Below are positions 9,874 to 19,591 of a DNA stretch of 64,000 nt, piece after piece. Numbering within the stretch: the first letter of the stretch is position 1; each line of letters begins with the position of its first letter. Below the pieces are notes generated by a model that did no database searches, was not told the origin of the DNA, and worked only from the letters and a program-made list of their open reading frames with translations. The stretch comes from Gemmatimonadales bacterium (GTDB lineage: Bacteria; Gemmatimonadota; Gemmatimonadetes; Gemmatimonadales; GWC2-71-9). The position numbers and the translations under genes were made by a program. The DNA is taken from NCBI GenBank assembly GCA_965249575.1, contig OZ252244.1, forward strand, positions 832,001 through 896,000, given 5' to 3'.

Positions 9874-10866
9874 TCAGGAACGCCTGCCGGCATGTTCCGA
9901 CGATGTGGGAATCTCACCGGCCAGAATACCGGCGAGCTGGTCGGTATCGATATTCCCCCCCGACACAATACACACGATGTTGCCCGACCCGGCGCGACCG
10001 GTCAACGCGGCCGCCACGGACGCCGCGCCTGCCCCCTCCGCGACAATGCGCTGGCGTTCCGCCAACCGCCGAATTGCGGCCGTTACGTCCGCAATGGAGA
10101 CGACGATCGATTCATCGATGAGGGTCGAGACGAGCGGCCACATCTCCGGCAGGACCGAGCTGCCGCCGATGCCGTCGACGAAGCTGGGAACGCGCTCCAC
10201 GCGCTGCGGACTGCCGGCGGCGATCGAGGCGCGCAGCGGGGCAGCGGTCTCGACTTCTGCACCGTAGACTCTGACGCTCGGGCGGCGGGCCCGCACGGCG
10301 CTGGCGATACCACAGCTGAGCCCACCGCCGCCGAACGGTACGATCACGGAGTCGACGTTGGGTAAGTCCTCGAGGATTTCCAGCCCGATCGTACCGTGTC
10401 CCGCCACCACGTCCCGATCCGCCACTGGGTGGACGAAGGTCCCGTCGAGGCCGGGATAGTGACCGTCGACGATCACTTGCCACCACTCCTCGTAGGGCGC
10501 CTTCAAGACGGTCGCGCCCAGCCGCTCCGTCGCCGCCACCTTCGTTTTCGGGGCTCCCTCCGGCACGATGACGGAGCACGGGATTCCCAGGGCCCGTGCG
10601 CACCACGCAAGCCCTTGGGCCCAGTTACCTGCACTCGCGGTGTAGATGCCGTGCCGCAGGTCCTCCGGACTCCTGCGGCGGAGTACGTTTCCCGCCCCGC
10701 GTAGCTTAAAGGACCCGATTGGCTGGAGGTTCTCGAGCTTGAGGTAAACAGTCGCCGGTGATTCTACCGGCTCCAGACGAATGAGCGGCGAGCGAATACC
10801 GATGTCCGCAATGCGCCGCTGCGCTGACTCGATTTCCGCCAGGGTCAGCGCGTCAAGGGATCGCGT
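9874..10866 (-). CDS. PLP-dependent threonine/serine dehydratase family; start uncertain (ACG 10866 or GTG 10902)
   Basis: LKLENLQPIGSFKLRGA, SAGN, PFGGGGL, SGGNID. Confidence 0.9.
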   Translation of the reverse strand, partial: TRSLDALTLAEIESAQRRIADIGIRSPLIRLEPVESPATVYLKLENLQPIGSFKLRGAGNVLRRRSPEDLRHGIYTASAGNWAQGLAWCARALGIPCSVIVPEGAPKTKVAATERLGATVLKAPYEEWWQVIVDGHYPGLDGTFVHPVADRDVVAGHGTIGLEILEDLPNVDSVIVPFGGGGLSCGIASAVRARRPSVRVYGAEVETAAPLRASIAAGSPQRVERVPSFVDGIGGSSVLPEMWPLVSTLIDESIVVSIADVTAAIRRLAERQRIVAEGAGAASVAAALTGRAGSGNIVCIVSGGNIDTDQLAGILAGEIPTSSEHAGRRS

Positions 10867-11854
10867 GACGGGTACCTCCGAAATCGACCGTTGCCCCGGC
10901 ACCGAGCCGCCGGGCTTTTCGATAGATATGCTCGGCCGCAGCGAGATCCTCGACCGCGAGGCCCAAGGACTTGAACAAGGTCACCTCGTTTTCCGCCCGC
11001 CGTCCGACCGCCTTTCCAACGAGTACCTCGCCGATCTCGGCGACGATGTGGTCGTCCGCAATGGCGCCCTCGGACCGAGCGAGGAGGAAGTCGCCCGACT
11101 CGGCGAAGGCGGATTCCCGCCGATCGACGAACAGGCGTGACTTGGCAACGGCGAGCGAGTCCAGCTCCCGCGCAGTGGGGAGCCCCGCCCCAACCGCGTT
11201 GATGTGGGCCCCCGCCGCGATCCAATCGCCGCGCAACACAACGTCATGCGAGGAGGTGACCGTGCAGATAATGTCCGCGCCTCGCACCGCGGCCTCGGCT
11301 GAAGCCGCCACCTCGACCGGCACATCGTCCTTCCCCGATTCGCTCTCGGCGAATGCCTCGCGCCGTTCGGCGGAGCGGCTCCAGACCCGCACTCCAGATA
11401 GCTGTCGAACCGAACGCATTGCCTCGAAGTGTGTCCGAGCCTGGCCACCCGAGCCGAGGATGGCGAGAACGCTCGCATCCCTCCGCGCGAGCAGCGCCGT
11501 CGCGACCGCGGAAACCGCTGCCGTGCGGATGGCGGTAATTGCGGTGGCATCCATCACCGCGGCCAAACAACCATGCTCCACCTCGAACAGGAGCACTGCG
11601 CCCTGATGGGCGTCGAACTTGGTCCCATGATTCTCAGGAAAGATCGTCAGCACCTTGATGCCCGCCGATGGGGGCGCCCCCATGTACGCCGGCATGAGGC
11701 CGAGCAACCCCTTCCGCTCGGGCAGGCGGACCACTTGCCGCAATGGGAGGATCACGTTTCCCTTTGCCAGCTGTTTCAACGCGTCGCGCATCACGTCGAT
11801 GCATTCCCTCATGGGCAGTAGCTTCGCAACGTCGTGGTGGTTGACTATGAGCAT
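10853..11854 (-). CDS. Ornithine cyclodeaminase/mu-crystallin family protein
   Basis: TAIRTAAVSAVA, GSGGQA, HINAVG, FKSLGLAVEDLA. Confidence 0.92.
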   Translation of the reverse strand: MLIVNHHDVAKLLPMRECIDVMRDALKQLAKGNVILPLRQVVRLPERKGLLGLMPAYMGAPPSAGIKVLTIFPENHGTKFDAHQGAVLLFEVEHGCLAAVMDATAITAIRTAAVSAVATALLARRDASVLAILGSGGQARTHFEAMRSVRQLSGVRVWSRSAERREAFAESESGKDDVPVEVAASAEAAVRGADIICTVTSSHDVVLRGDWIAAGAHINAVGAGLPTARELDSLAVAKSRLFVDRRESAFAESGDFLLARSEGAIADDHIVAEIGEVLVGKAVGRRAENEVTLFKSLGLAVEDLAAAEHIYRKARRLGAGATVDFGGTRHAIP

Positions 11855-12041
11855 TGCGCCGCGCCTCGCGGTCAGGGTGGGCGGGGATAATGGACGGCCC
11901 CGAATGGCGCGTGTCAAATAGGAGACCACTGCAGCGCAAGGCCCGACGAGGGCGCTGGACGACCGCTCCGCTACTATGCACATTGCTGGCCCGGGTACGG
12001 CGAAGTCGCGGCTTCGTACGCGTTGCGGACATGCTCGTAAA

Positions 12042-12560
12042 ATGAAAGGATCCGGGGTGTCGCTTTCCGTCGTCTTCGAGCCACTGTTCCCCGACGCGAT
12101 CGTACCAACTCGCGCCACGACCCGGTCGGCGGGGCTCGACCTCTACGTCCACCTTCGAAACCGACGAGTCGCCGTACGGGACGAGCACGGCCGGCCCAAC
12201 GAGCGCGAGACCGGGGACGGCGATGACGCCTCTGTACTCCTCTCACCCGGCGAGACCGCGCTTCTCCCACTTGGATTCAAGGCGACCCTTCCCGATGGGT
12301 TCGAAGCGCAAATTCGGGCCCGCTCGTCGTGGGCGTTCGAGCGCGGTATCATGCTCCCCAACGCACCAGGTACCATCGACGCCGATTTCCCCGACGAATG
12401 GAGAGTGATGCTGAAGGTCTGCGGAAAGTCGGAGATCGTCGTCAAACACGGTGATCGAGTCGCCCAAGCCGTGCTCTCCCGGTTTGAGGCGACCACCTGG
12501 GTGCGAGGCCAGGTCGGAGTCTCCACTGACCGCCGCGGGGGGTTCGGCAGCACGGGCTGA
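12042..12560 (+). CDS. dut: dUTP diphosphatase
   Basis: SAGLDL, QIRARSS, NAPGTIDADF, GDRVAQ, RRGGFGSTG (five dUTPase motifs); start could be GTG 12057. Confidence 0.9.
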   Translation: MKGSGVSLSVVFEPLFPDAIVPTRATTRSAGLDLYVHLRNRRVAVRDEHGRPNERETGDGDDASVLLSPGETALLPLGFKATLPDGFEAQIRARSSWAFERGIMLPNAPGTIDADFPDEWRVMLKVCGKSEIVVKHGDRVAQAVLSRFEATTWVRGQVGVSTDRRGGFGSTG

Positions 12561-12636
12561 GTCTCGCCTCCCGCTGGTCCTTGCCTCGGCAACGACTTCC
12601 AATGACCCAAACAATGCCTTCCAGCGGCCACGACCG

Positions 12637-14029
12637 ATGATCCAACGTCGGGTCTGCTACACGGTCATCGAGCGAGTGCGCCAGCTCGCGAGTTTCGTTC
12701 CGAGAGAAACCCAATGCCGCATCGCGCTGGCCTTGCCCTTCCTCGCGATGATCGCGGTTACCGGCCTCGACTTCCGAGTGATCGGCGACGAGCCCGCGCA
12801 TCTGCGGATCATCGAGCGGGTTGCTCGGGATTGGCCGCGGCCCGACTTGAGCGACTACTACTCGCTCTCTCTTCCCTTGCCGTACGTGATATGGTCGGCC
12901 TGGGGGAAGATCGTGGGATTTGACATCTGGAAGCTGCGGCTCCTCGCCGTGCTATCCACCTACCTGGCCGCCAACGTCTTGTACGGCCTCTGTAAGCGGC
13001 ACACCCTGCCATATCCGCTGCTGAGCACGTGGATATATGTCTTTCATCCGTACGTGTTCTTTCACGGGTTCACCGTGTATACGAACAGTATCGCTGCCCT
13101 GTTCGGCATACTGTCTCTACGCTTCCTCCTGCTCGAAGAGTCCAGACCGGGGACATGGATGGCTGGGTGTGTCTGGGCAAGCCTCGCAGCCCTCACCCGC
13201 CCTTCCTACCTGGTGCTCCCAGCGGGGATACTGGCCTACGAAGTTCTCCGGGCGGAGTGGGGTGGCGGCGGGTCCGAGATCGCGGTTGGCGGTGGGCGGC
13301 GCTCGGGCTGCCCGCGGTAGCTGATCCCGCAGTTCCTACTATGGGACGGCCTCACACCCCCGACCCTCACCGACACCCATCCCGTCTACTTGGTTCCCGA
13401 GCGCTCGACCTTCTTCCCGATCTTCACCGGTGCCTACTTCCTTCCGCTCCTTGCGAGCAAGCGGACGTGGAGTGGGTTCCGAACGAAGTGGGTGGTGGGA
13501 GTCTTTCTGCTGCTCGTGCCGACGTTTCTTCGCGTTCAAACCCACCTTCACGAACGCGCCCGATATTCAAGAGCAGCTCGAGGCAACGACCGGCCTGATC
13601 ATGCATGGCCTCGATCTGCTGGGTCGATACACGTTCGATCTCTTGGAAGTCACGGCCATGTTCGGTCTATGGTGCGTCGGTGTCGCGGTTCTGCTCGGAG
13701 AAGGCGCCGTCGAGGCCTGGATACCGATCAAGGGCAAGCTATTCGGCATGCTTGGTACGTTCGTCTTGATGGTCTCCTTTCTGCCCCGGACGACCGAACG
13801 GTACTTCGTGCTGACGGTACCGCTGCTGATTCTGTTGCTCCACGCGAACTTCAGACGTCGCACATGGCTGTGGATGTGGTTGGTACTCCAGATCTTCCTC
13901 TCGGCCGCATTCTCATACTGGCAGGTCGAGCTCAAATCTTTTGAGGGATGGAGCATGTCGGAGATCTCCACGGCTGAACGCCCGCCGGCCGGCGGAGTGA
14001 GTTTCAGCAACCGATCGCCCGCGGCCTAG
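12637..14029 (+). CDS. GT-C fold membrane glycosyltransferase-like protein, broken by about 3 indels
   Basis: GDE motif after the first TM helix and many TM helices; reading frame shifts near 13258, 13320 and 13530. Confidence 0.55.
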
Positions 14030-14041
14030 TCGAAGGCGACA

Positions 14042-15628
14042 ATGCCGAGCCTCTTGTACGAACTGACAGGCCTCCACCGGGTGTGCATTCCCGACCTGGT
14101 TCGGGCCCGCGTCGGACGGAGCCCCGAGCGCCCCTTCATTCGATATGGCGATTCAGTCTGGACCTACGCGGACGCACTGGAGCAGATGGAGCGATTTGCG
14201 GGCTACTTGCACTCCAGCGGCGCCGGGGGTTCGGGCAAGCGGGTGGCCACCTACCTAAGCAACCGCCCTGAGGTCTTGTGGACCTGGTTCGGGACGCACC
14301 TCACCGGTGCCACGTACGTCAGTCTCAACCGGGAGCATAAGGGTCCCGTCCTCGAAGACATGCTGCGCCGATCCGGAGCCGAGCTGCTGGTCACCGATCG
14401 TTCGGCGGCGACGCAACTCCCGGCAGCTCGTGGTTCCGGCGTGCGGACCATCGTCTTCGTCGACGGGCCTCCCACCGACTTCGGGGGCGGCTACGAGGTA
14501 TCGAGCTGGGATCGGGTTGATCGCAGCCCCGCCGCCCCAGAACATTCGCCCGATCCGGCAAGCACCGCGACGGTCATGTTCACGTCCGGCACGACCGGCC
14601 GTTCAAAGGCAGTACCGATCACGCACAACCAGTTCAGCCGCAATGCGGAGCACCTGGCCAGCGCGCTGGCTCTGCGGCCCGACGACGTCTTCCACGGCTG
14701 GGCCCCGTTGTATCACGTGGGCGGACAACTCTACATGGTCATGACGGCGATCGTCGCGGGCGCGTCGATCGCGCTGTATCCTGCGTTTTCGACCTCTCGT
14801 TTTTGGAAGCAGGTCCGCGAATCTGGGGCTACGGTTTTCATCGGCTTCTCGAGCGTCATCAAAATTCTATGGGAGCGAACACCCGCCGCGCAGGCCGGCC
14901 CCAGCACGCTCCGGGTGGGCGTCATTGGGAAAATTCCGGCGGACCTACACCGCCCGTTCGAGCAGCGTTTTGGCCTCACGTTGCTCGACATGTACGGCAT
15001 GACCGAGGCCGAGATCCTCACTCTTCCTCGATTAGGCGAGGCGGTGCCGGTTGGATCCTGTGGTCGCGTGGGACCGGATTTCGACCTCGTAATACTCGAC
15101 GACCGCGACCAGGTTCTGCCCCCGGGTCGCGTGGGCCAGATCTGTGTCCGGTCCAAAGTTCCGCATGTCATGACGACGGGGTACGAAGGTGACGACGCCG
15201 CAACTGCGGAGGCGTGGCGGAACGACTGGTTCCATACCGGAGACCTCGGGAAGATCGACCAGGACGGGTACGTTTTTCACGTCGACCGCTTGCAACACGC
15301 CATCCGCCGCCGTGGCGAGAACGTCTCGTCCTGGGAGGTCGAACAAATCCTCGAGCAGCACCCGGCCATCGCGCAGGCTGCCGCGATCGGCGTACCGTCT
15401 TCCCTGGGCGAGGAAGACGTTAAGGTAGTCGTCGTACTGCGGCCGGGCATGACGCTGGATCATCGGGAAGTCCATGCGTTCTGCGCGAGCCGCATGGCCC
15501 GCTTCATGGTGCCCCGCTATATCGAGCTGCGGCCGGCTTTGCCCTACTCGGAGGTGGGCAAAGTGCAAAAGGAACAACTGAAAGAGCTGGGGCCGCCGGT
15601 CTGGGACGCCGAACGGAGTGACACGTAG
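14042..15628 (+). CDS. AMP-binding acyl-CoA ligase (CaiC-like)
   Basis: FTSGTTGRSK, YGMTE, WFHTGDLG, IRRRGENVSSWEVE. Confidence 0.9.
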   Translation: MPSLLYELTGLHRVCIPDLVRARVGRSPERPFIRYGDSVWTYADALEQMERFAGYLHSSGAGGSGKRVATYLSNRPEVLWTWFGTHLTGATYVSLNREHKGPVLEDMLRRSGAELLVTDRSAATQLPAARGSGVRTIVFVDGPPTDFGGGYEVSSWDRVDRSPAAPEHSPDPASTATVMFTSGTTGRSKAVPITHNQFSRNAEHLASALALRPDDVFHGWAPLYHVGGQLYMVMTAIVAGASIALYPAFSTSRFWKQVRESGATVFIGFSSVIKILWERTPAAQAGPSTLRVGVIGKIPADLHRPFEQRFGLTLLDMYGMTEAEILTLPRLGEAVPVGSCGRVGPDFDLVILDDRDQVLPPGRVGQICVRSKVPHVMTTGYEGDDAATAEAWRNDWFHTGDLGKIDQDGYVFHVDRLQHAIRRRGENVSSWEVEQILEQHPAIAQAAAIGVPSSLGEEDVKVVVVLRPGMTLDHREVHAFCASRMARFMVPRYIELRPALPYSEVGKVQKEQLKELGPPVWDAERSDT

Positions 15629-15726
15629 GAGGGACGGTCGTGACTAGTAAGCAGCAGGTCACTCCGCGGCGTGATAGATTGACGGATCGGCACAATTCGG
15701 TCGGTTGACTTACAGGAGACGAATTC

Positions 15727-16335
15727 ATGGCAAGAGCCACGATACTTCTCGGCACCTTTCTCACGATAGTCGGTATGCCGGGGACAGCGGGTGGACAGAC
15801 GGACGGGATGGCGCACATCCTCCCAGCCTCACAGCAAATCGCCGGGGCCGTCACGGCCCTGCCCGAGGAAATGCGTGACCGCGCCGCGGTGTTAGGATAC
15901 TCGCAGGCGGCCCGCCTGGTCTCCTTGCGGCACGGTACGAACGACATGCTCTGTCTTGCCGACGACCCCAACCGGGCGAACTTTCACGTTGCGTGTTATC
16001 ACACTTCCCTCGAGCCATTTATGGCGCGTGGGCGCGAGTTGACGGCCAAGGGGATCACCGGAGCGAGACGAGACAGCATCCGCAACACCGATGTGACCGA
16101 GGGCCGAATTGAAATGCCCGCCGTAGGTGCGCTGTACACCCTGACCGGTCCGCCCGGGAGCTTCGACCCCGCAACCGGCACGGTGACCGGAGGCCGCCCG
16201 CTCCACTCCATCTACATTCCGTTCGCGACCGCTGAATCGACTGGGCTCTCACCAACCCCGAAGCGGGGTCAACCCTGGATTATGCTCCCAGGCACGCCAA
16301 AGGCTCACATCATGTTCGGGGCGCACGACCACTAG
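15727..16335 (+). CDS. Secreted hypothetical protein
   Basis: AGGAG SD, signal peptide, CLADDP…ACYH and PWIMLPGTPKAHIM motifs. Confidence 0.75.
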   Translation: MARATILLGTFLTIVGMPGTAGGQTDGMAHILPASQQIAGAVTALPEEMRDRAAVLGYSQAARLVSLRHGTNDMLCLADDPNRANFHVACYHTSLEPFMARGRELTAKGITGARRDSIRNTDVTEGRIEMPAVGALYTLTGPPGSFDPATGTVTGGRPLHSIYIPFATAESTGLSPTPKRGQPWIMLPGTPKAHIMFGAHDH

Positions 16336-16353
16336 ACAATGCACCGGCTGGAT

Positions 16354-16371
16354 GGGGGGGGCGACCCCCCC
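16354..16371. terminator. Hairpin between convergent genes
   Basis: GGGGGGG-GCGA-CCCCCCC, 7-bp stem with GNRA loop; no U tract. Confidence 0.5.
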
Positions 16372-16379
16372 TCCTCGTC

Positions 16380-16841
16380 CTACCGTTCCGTCCATTCGAC
16401 GCTGTCCCCCACCCTGATCGTCCCACTGTCGAGGACCTCACCGTAAGCCCCTCCGCGCCACGCCGAGCGCATCGCGTCCCGGAGTCCAGGCCACGCTTCA
16501 TCCATGCGTTCGCAGGGCTTCGTTTCCCCGTGAATGAGGATGCGGCTCCTACCGACGCGCAACGTTTTTCCTCGGGTCTCCTCGAGGCTTACTCCTCGGA
16601 CCATCAAGTTCGCCCGCCGTACTGACGGCTCCGCTCCGGAACCCGTTGCACGCTGGAGCTCCTCCCAGGCTTCCTCGGCGATGACGGTAACCTGCCGTCT
16701 ACCTCGCGCGTCAGCGTTACCCAGGATGCCCGTCCCGGCCTCGAGCTGAGCGGACCGCACGGAGTCCCTTGGCCCACGGTGGGCACGCTTGACCCATATC
16801 GCTCGCAGTGATCCACTCGACGATGGTTTCCGGTCCTCCAT
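16380..16841 (-). CDS. MOSC domain protein
   Basis: RQVTVI, RRANLMV, ETKPCERMD, RGGAYGEVL..G.I.VGD. Confidence 0.88.
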   Translation of the reverse strand: MEDRKPSSSGSLRAIWVKRAHRGPRDSVRSAQLEAGTGILGNADARGRRQVTVIAEEAWEELQRATGSGAEPSVRRANLMVRGVSLEETRGKTLRVGRSRILIHGETKPCERMDEAWPGLRDAMRSAWRGGAYGEVLDSGTIRVGDSVEWTER

Positions 16842-16889
16842 TGCTGCTCCTTTCCGTCGAGGCCACCGAACGGCTGATTCCCCCAGCGA

Positions 16890-18425
16890 CTACTCGGAGA
16901 GCTCAGATCGAATACGGCCTACCCGCGCGGCCTGCTCAAAAAGTGACGCAATGGTCTGCTTTCGCACCTTCCCCATGGCGTTTCGTGGTAGCGAGTCGAC
17001 CGGAAGCAGGGCAGACGGGACCTTATACGGAGCGAGGCGCTCCTTGGCCCACTGCCGCATGTCATCGAGGGTGAGGTCGGCTCCGGCTGTGAGCTCGACG
17101 GCCGCACACACTCGCTCGCCCCAATCCGCGTCATCCGCCCCGACCACGGCGCAGTCCCGGACGCTCGGATGGGTACGAAGCACCTCCTCGATTTCGAGTG
17201 CCGACACCTTGTAGCCCCCAGTCTTGATGATGTCGACACTCTTCCGGCCGAGAATGCGGTAGCATCCTTCCTCCACGATGGCCACGTCTCCCGTCCGGAA
17301 CCACCCGTCTCGGAACGCCGCGCGTGTTTCCTCCGGGCGCCGCCAGTATTCCTTGAATACGCTGGGTCCCCGCACCTCGATCTCCCCAGGAGACCCCGGT
17401 TCCACGATCCGACCGTCCTCATCCACCAGGCGAAGGTCAACACCGGGCAGCGGGACACCAACGGTTCCCGGCAAGCGACGCCCGATCAGCGGATTCGACA
17501 GCGCCATGCCGATTTCCGTCATACCGTAACGCTCGAGCAAGACGTGTCCACTGATGGCCCGCCATCGCTCGAGGGTCGACACGGGGAGCGCGGCCGACCC
17601 CGATACCATGAGTCGCAGCCGTGAACACCCCGCGGACATCAACTCTCGCCGATCCCCGGACGCCGATTCGAAGGCGGCAATCAGCTTCCGATAAATCGTC
17701 GGGACGGCCATGAATAGCGACGGAGGGTCCTCAACGAACCGAGCCCAGACCGCCGCCGGGTCAAAACGGGGCATCATCACGCAACGGGCCCCCGCCCACA
17801 GCGCGCAGGTAACGACGTTGATGATTCCGTGAATGTGATGCAGGGGCAACACCAGGAGAATCCGGTCATCCGCACTCCACTCCCAAGCGGAAATCAGGGT
17901 GGTAACCTGTGCGCGTATATTCGCATGGGTCGTGATCACGCCCTTGGGCCGTCCGGTGGTGCCGCTGGTGTACACCATGAGTGCCGGGCGCTCATCACTC
18001 ACGCCCGGAAGCGGTCCCGCGGGACGAATCACTGCGTCTCCCACCCGGACCAGGCGGAGACCGCGCGCCTTGGCTAGCGCACCCATCGTCGCTTCGTGCC
18101 GCGAGTCGGTCACCACAGCCACCGCATCCGAATCCGCGACGACGTAGTCGAGCTCCGGCGGCGGATGGGAAACGGCGAGTGGTACCGCGACCCCGCCGGC
18201 CCGCCAGATGCCCCACTGCACCGCGACGTATTCAAAGCCGGGCTCGACGAGGAAGGCAACTCTGCATCCGTTGAGGTCGGCGCCACCGTTCAGCAGATCC
18301 GAGCCCACCCGAGCCGAGGCCTCGAGGAGAGTCCGGTAGTCGAATTCCGCGTCCGCCTCAATGGCAATTCTCGTCGAATGGCCCTCGGCCCGCGCAACGA
18401 GCGGCAGCGGCGCTATCCGCATCAC
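16890..18425 (-). CDS. Acyl-CoA synthetase (malonyl-CoA synthetase MatB-like)
   Basis: YTSGTTGRPKG, LPLHHIHG, LLERYGMTEIG, LPRNAMGKV. Confidence 0.9.
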   Translation of the reverse strand: MMRIAPLPLVARAEGHSTRIAIEADAEFDYRTLLEASARVGSDLLNGGADLNGCRVAFLVEPGFEYVAVQWGIWRAGGVAVPLAVSHPPPELDYVVADSDAVAVVTDSRHEATMGALAKARGLRLVRVGDAVIRPAGPLPGVSDERPALMVYTSGTTGRPKGVITTHANIRAQVTTLISAWEWSADDRILLVLPLHHIHGIINVVTCALWAGARCVMMPRFDPAAVWARFVEDPPSLFMAVPTIYRKLIAAFESASGDRRELMSAGCSRLRLMVSGSAALPVSTLERWRAISGHVLLERYGMTEIGMALSNPLIGRRLPGTVGVPLPGVDLRLVDEDGRIVEPGSPGEIEVRGPSVFKEYWRRPEETRAAFRDGWFRTGDVAIVEEGCYRILGRKSVDIIKTGGYKVSALEIEEVLRTHPSVRDCAVVGADDADWGERVCAAVELTAGADLTLDDMRQWAKERLAPYKVPSALLPVDSLPRNAMGKVRKQTIASLFEQAARVGRIRSELSE

Positions 18426-18617
18426 GGGGACCTATGCGTCTCCCGCGCGGTGATGCCGGCGGACTGAGAATCTGTTCGGAACGCGCCGGTCACAGGGCGA
18501 CTTGGCCTGAACCGCCGTGCCCTTGACGCTGCAAGCGTGCTCCCCGTACTTGCACACTCTGCCGAACCGGTCCGTTCACCGTGGGTCGAAACCATTCTAT
18601 TTCCTGGAAAGGCAGCA

Positions 18618-19535
18618 ATGAGGCTAACTCGCCGGGAAGTGATCAAATTGAGTGCGGCGACGAGCGCGTCACTGTTGCTTGGCTGGCGTCCCGATCTCCT
18701 CTTCGCCCAGGACCTGCTCACCCGCCCCATCCCTTCCACCGGCGAGAGCGTACCCGTGGTCGGCATCGGTGGTAGAAATTACCGGGTCGGGCCTTCAGCG
18801 GAAGTACGCGCCCCGTTCAAAGCGACGCTCCAGAAATTTGCTGAGCTCGGTGGCAAGATCGTCGATACCGCTCCGTCGTATGGGAATTCGGAACGCGTGT
18901 TCGGCGACCTGATGTCCGAGCTCGAGGTCCGCAGCAACCTGTTCGTTGCGACGAAAGTCGACAGGCGAGGTCGCCAGGCCGGCATCGAGGGGATGGAACA
19001 GTCCCTCGAGTACCTGCGGACGGATCGCGTGGATCTCATGCAGGTTCACAATCTCATTGACACCGAGACCCAGCTAGCCACGTGCAGGGAATGGAAAGCC
19101 CAGGGACGCATTCGCTATCTCGGAATTACCACTTCATCCACTCGGCAGTACGATCGCTTTCTGCAAGTCATGAACAAGGAGCCACTCGACTTCATCCAGG
19201 TCAACTACTCACTAGGAGCTCGCGACGCCGCTGAACGCATCCTCCCATTGGCTCGAGACCGAGGAATCGCGGTACTTGTTAACCTTCCGTTTGGACGGGG
19301 GCGACTCTTCAACCGTGTCGGAGAGCGGCCGCTACCCGGTTGGGCGCGCGAGATCGACTGCGAGACGTGGGCTCAAGTTTTTCTCAAGTATGTCACTTCA
19401 CACCCAGCCGTGACCTGCGCGATTCCCGGAACGACCAAGGTGCGTCATGCCGTGGACAACATGGGGGCGGCCCGTGGCACGCTACCGGACCAAGCCCTTC
19501 GCCGCCGGATCATGACATTCTATGACGCGCTCTGA
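18618..19535 (+). CDS. Aldo/keto reductase with twin-arginine signal
   Basis: TRREVIK leader; DTAPSYG, ATKV, DLMQVHN catalytic tetrad. Confidence 0.9.
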   Translation: MRLTRREVIKLSAATSASLLLGWRPDLLFAQDLLTRPIPSTGESVPVVGIGGRNYRVGPSAEVRAPFKATLQKFAELGGKIVDTAPSYGNSERVFGDLMSELEVRSNLFVATKVDRRGRQAGIEGMEQSLEYLRTDRVDLMQVHNLIDTETQLATCREWKAQGRIRYLGITTSSTRQYDRFLQVMNKEPLDFIQVNYSLGARDAAERILPLARDRGIAVLVNLPFGRGRLFNRVGERPLPGWAREIDCETWAQVFLKYVTSHPAVTCAIPGTTKVRHAVDNMGAARGTLPDQALRRRIMTFYDAL

Positions 19536-19591
19536 CCGCCAGACCGGGCCGATCGCCGCCGCTGAATCGGACTTCGCTCAAGCAAGATAGC

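Noticed and set aside
12042..12560. dUTPase motif 3 Tyr-to-Phe change as altered specificity
   Set aside because: Conservative aromatic substitution; all five motifs are present.
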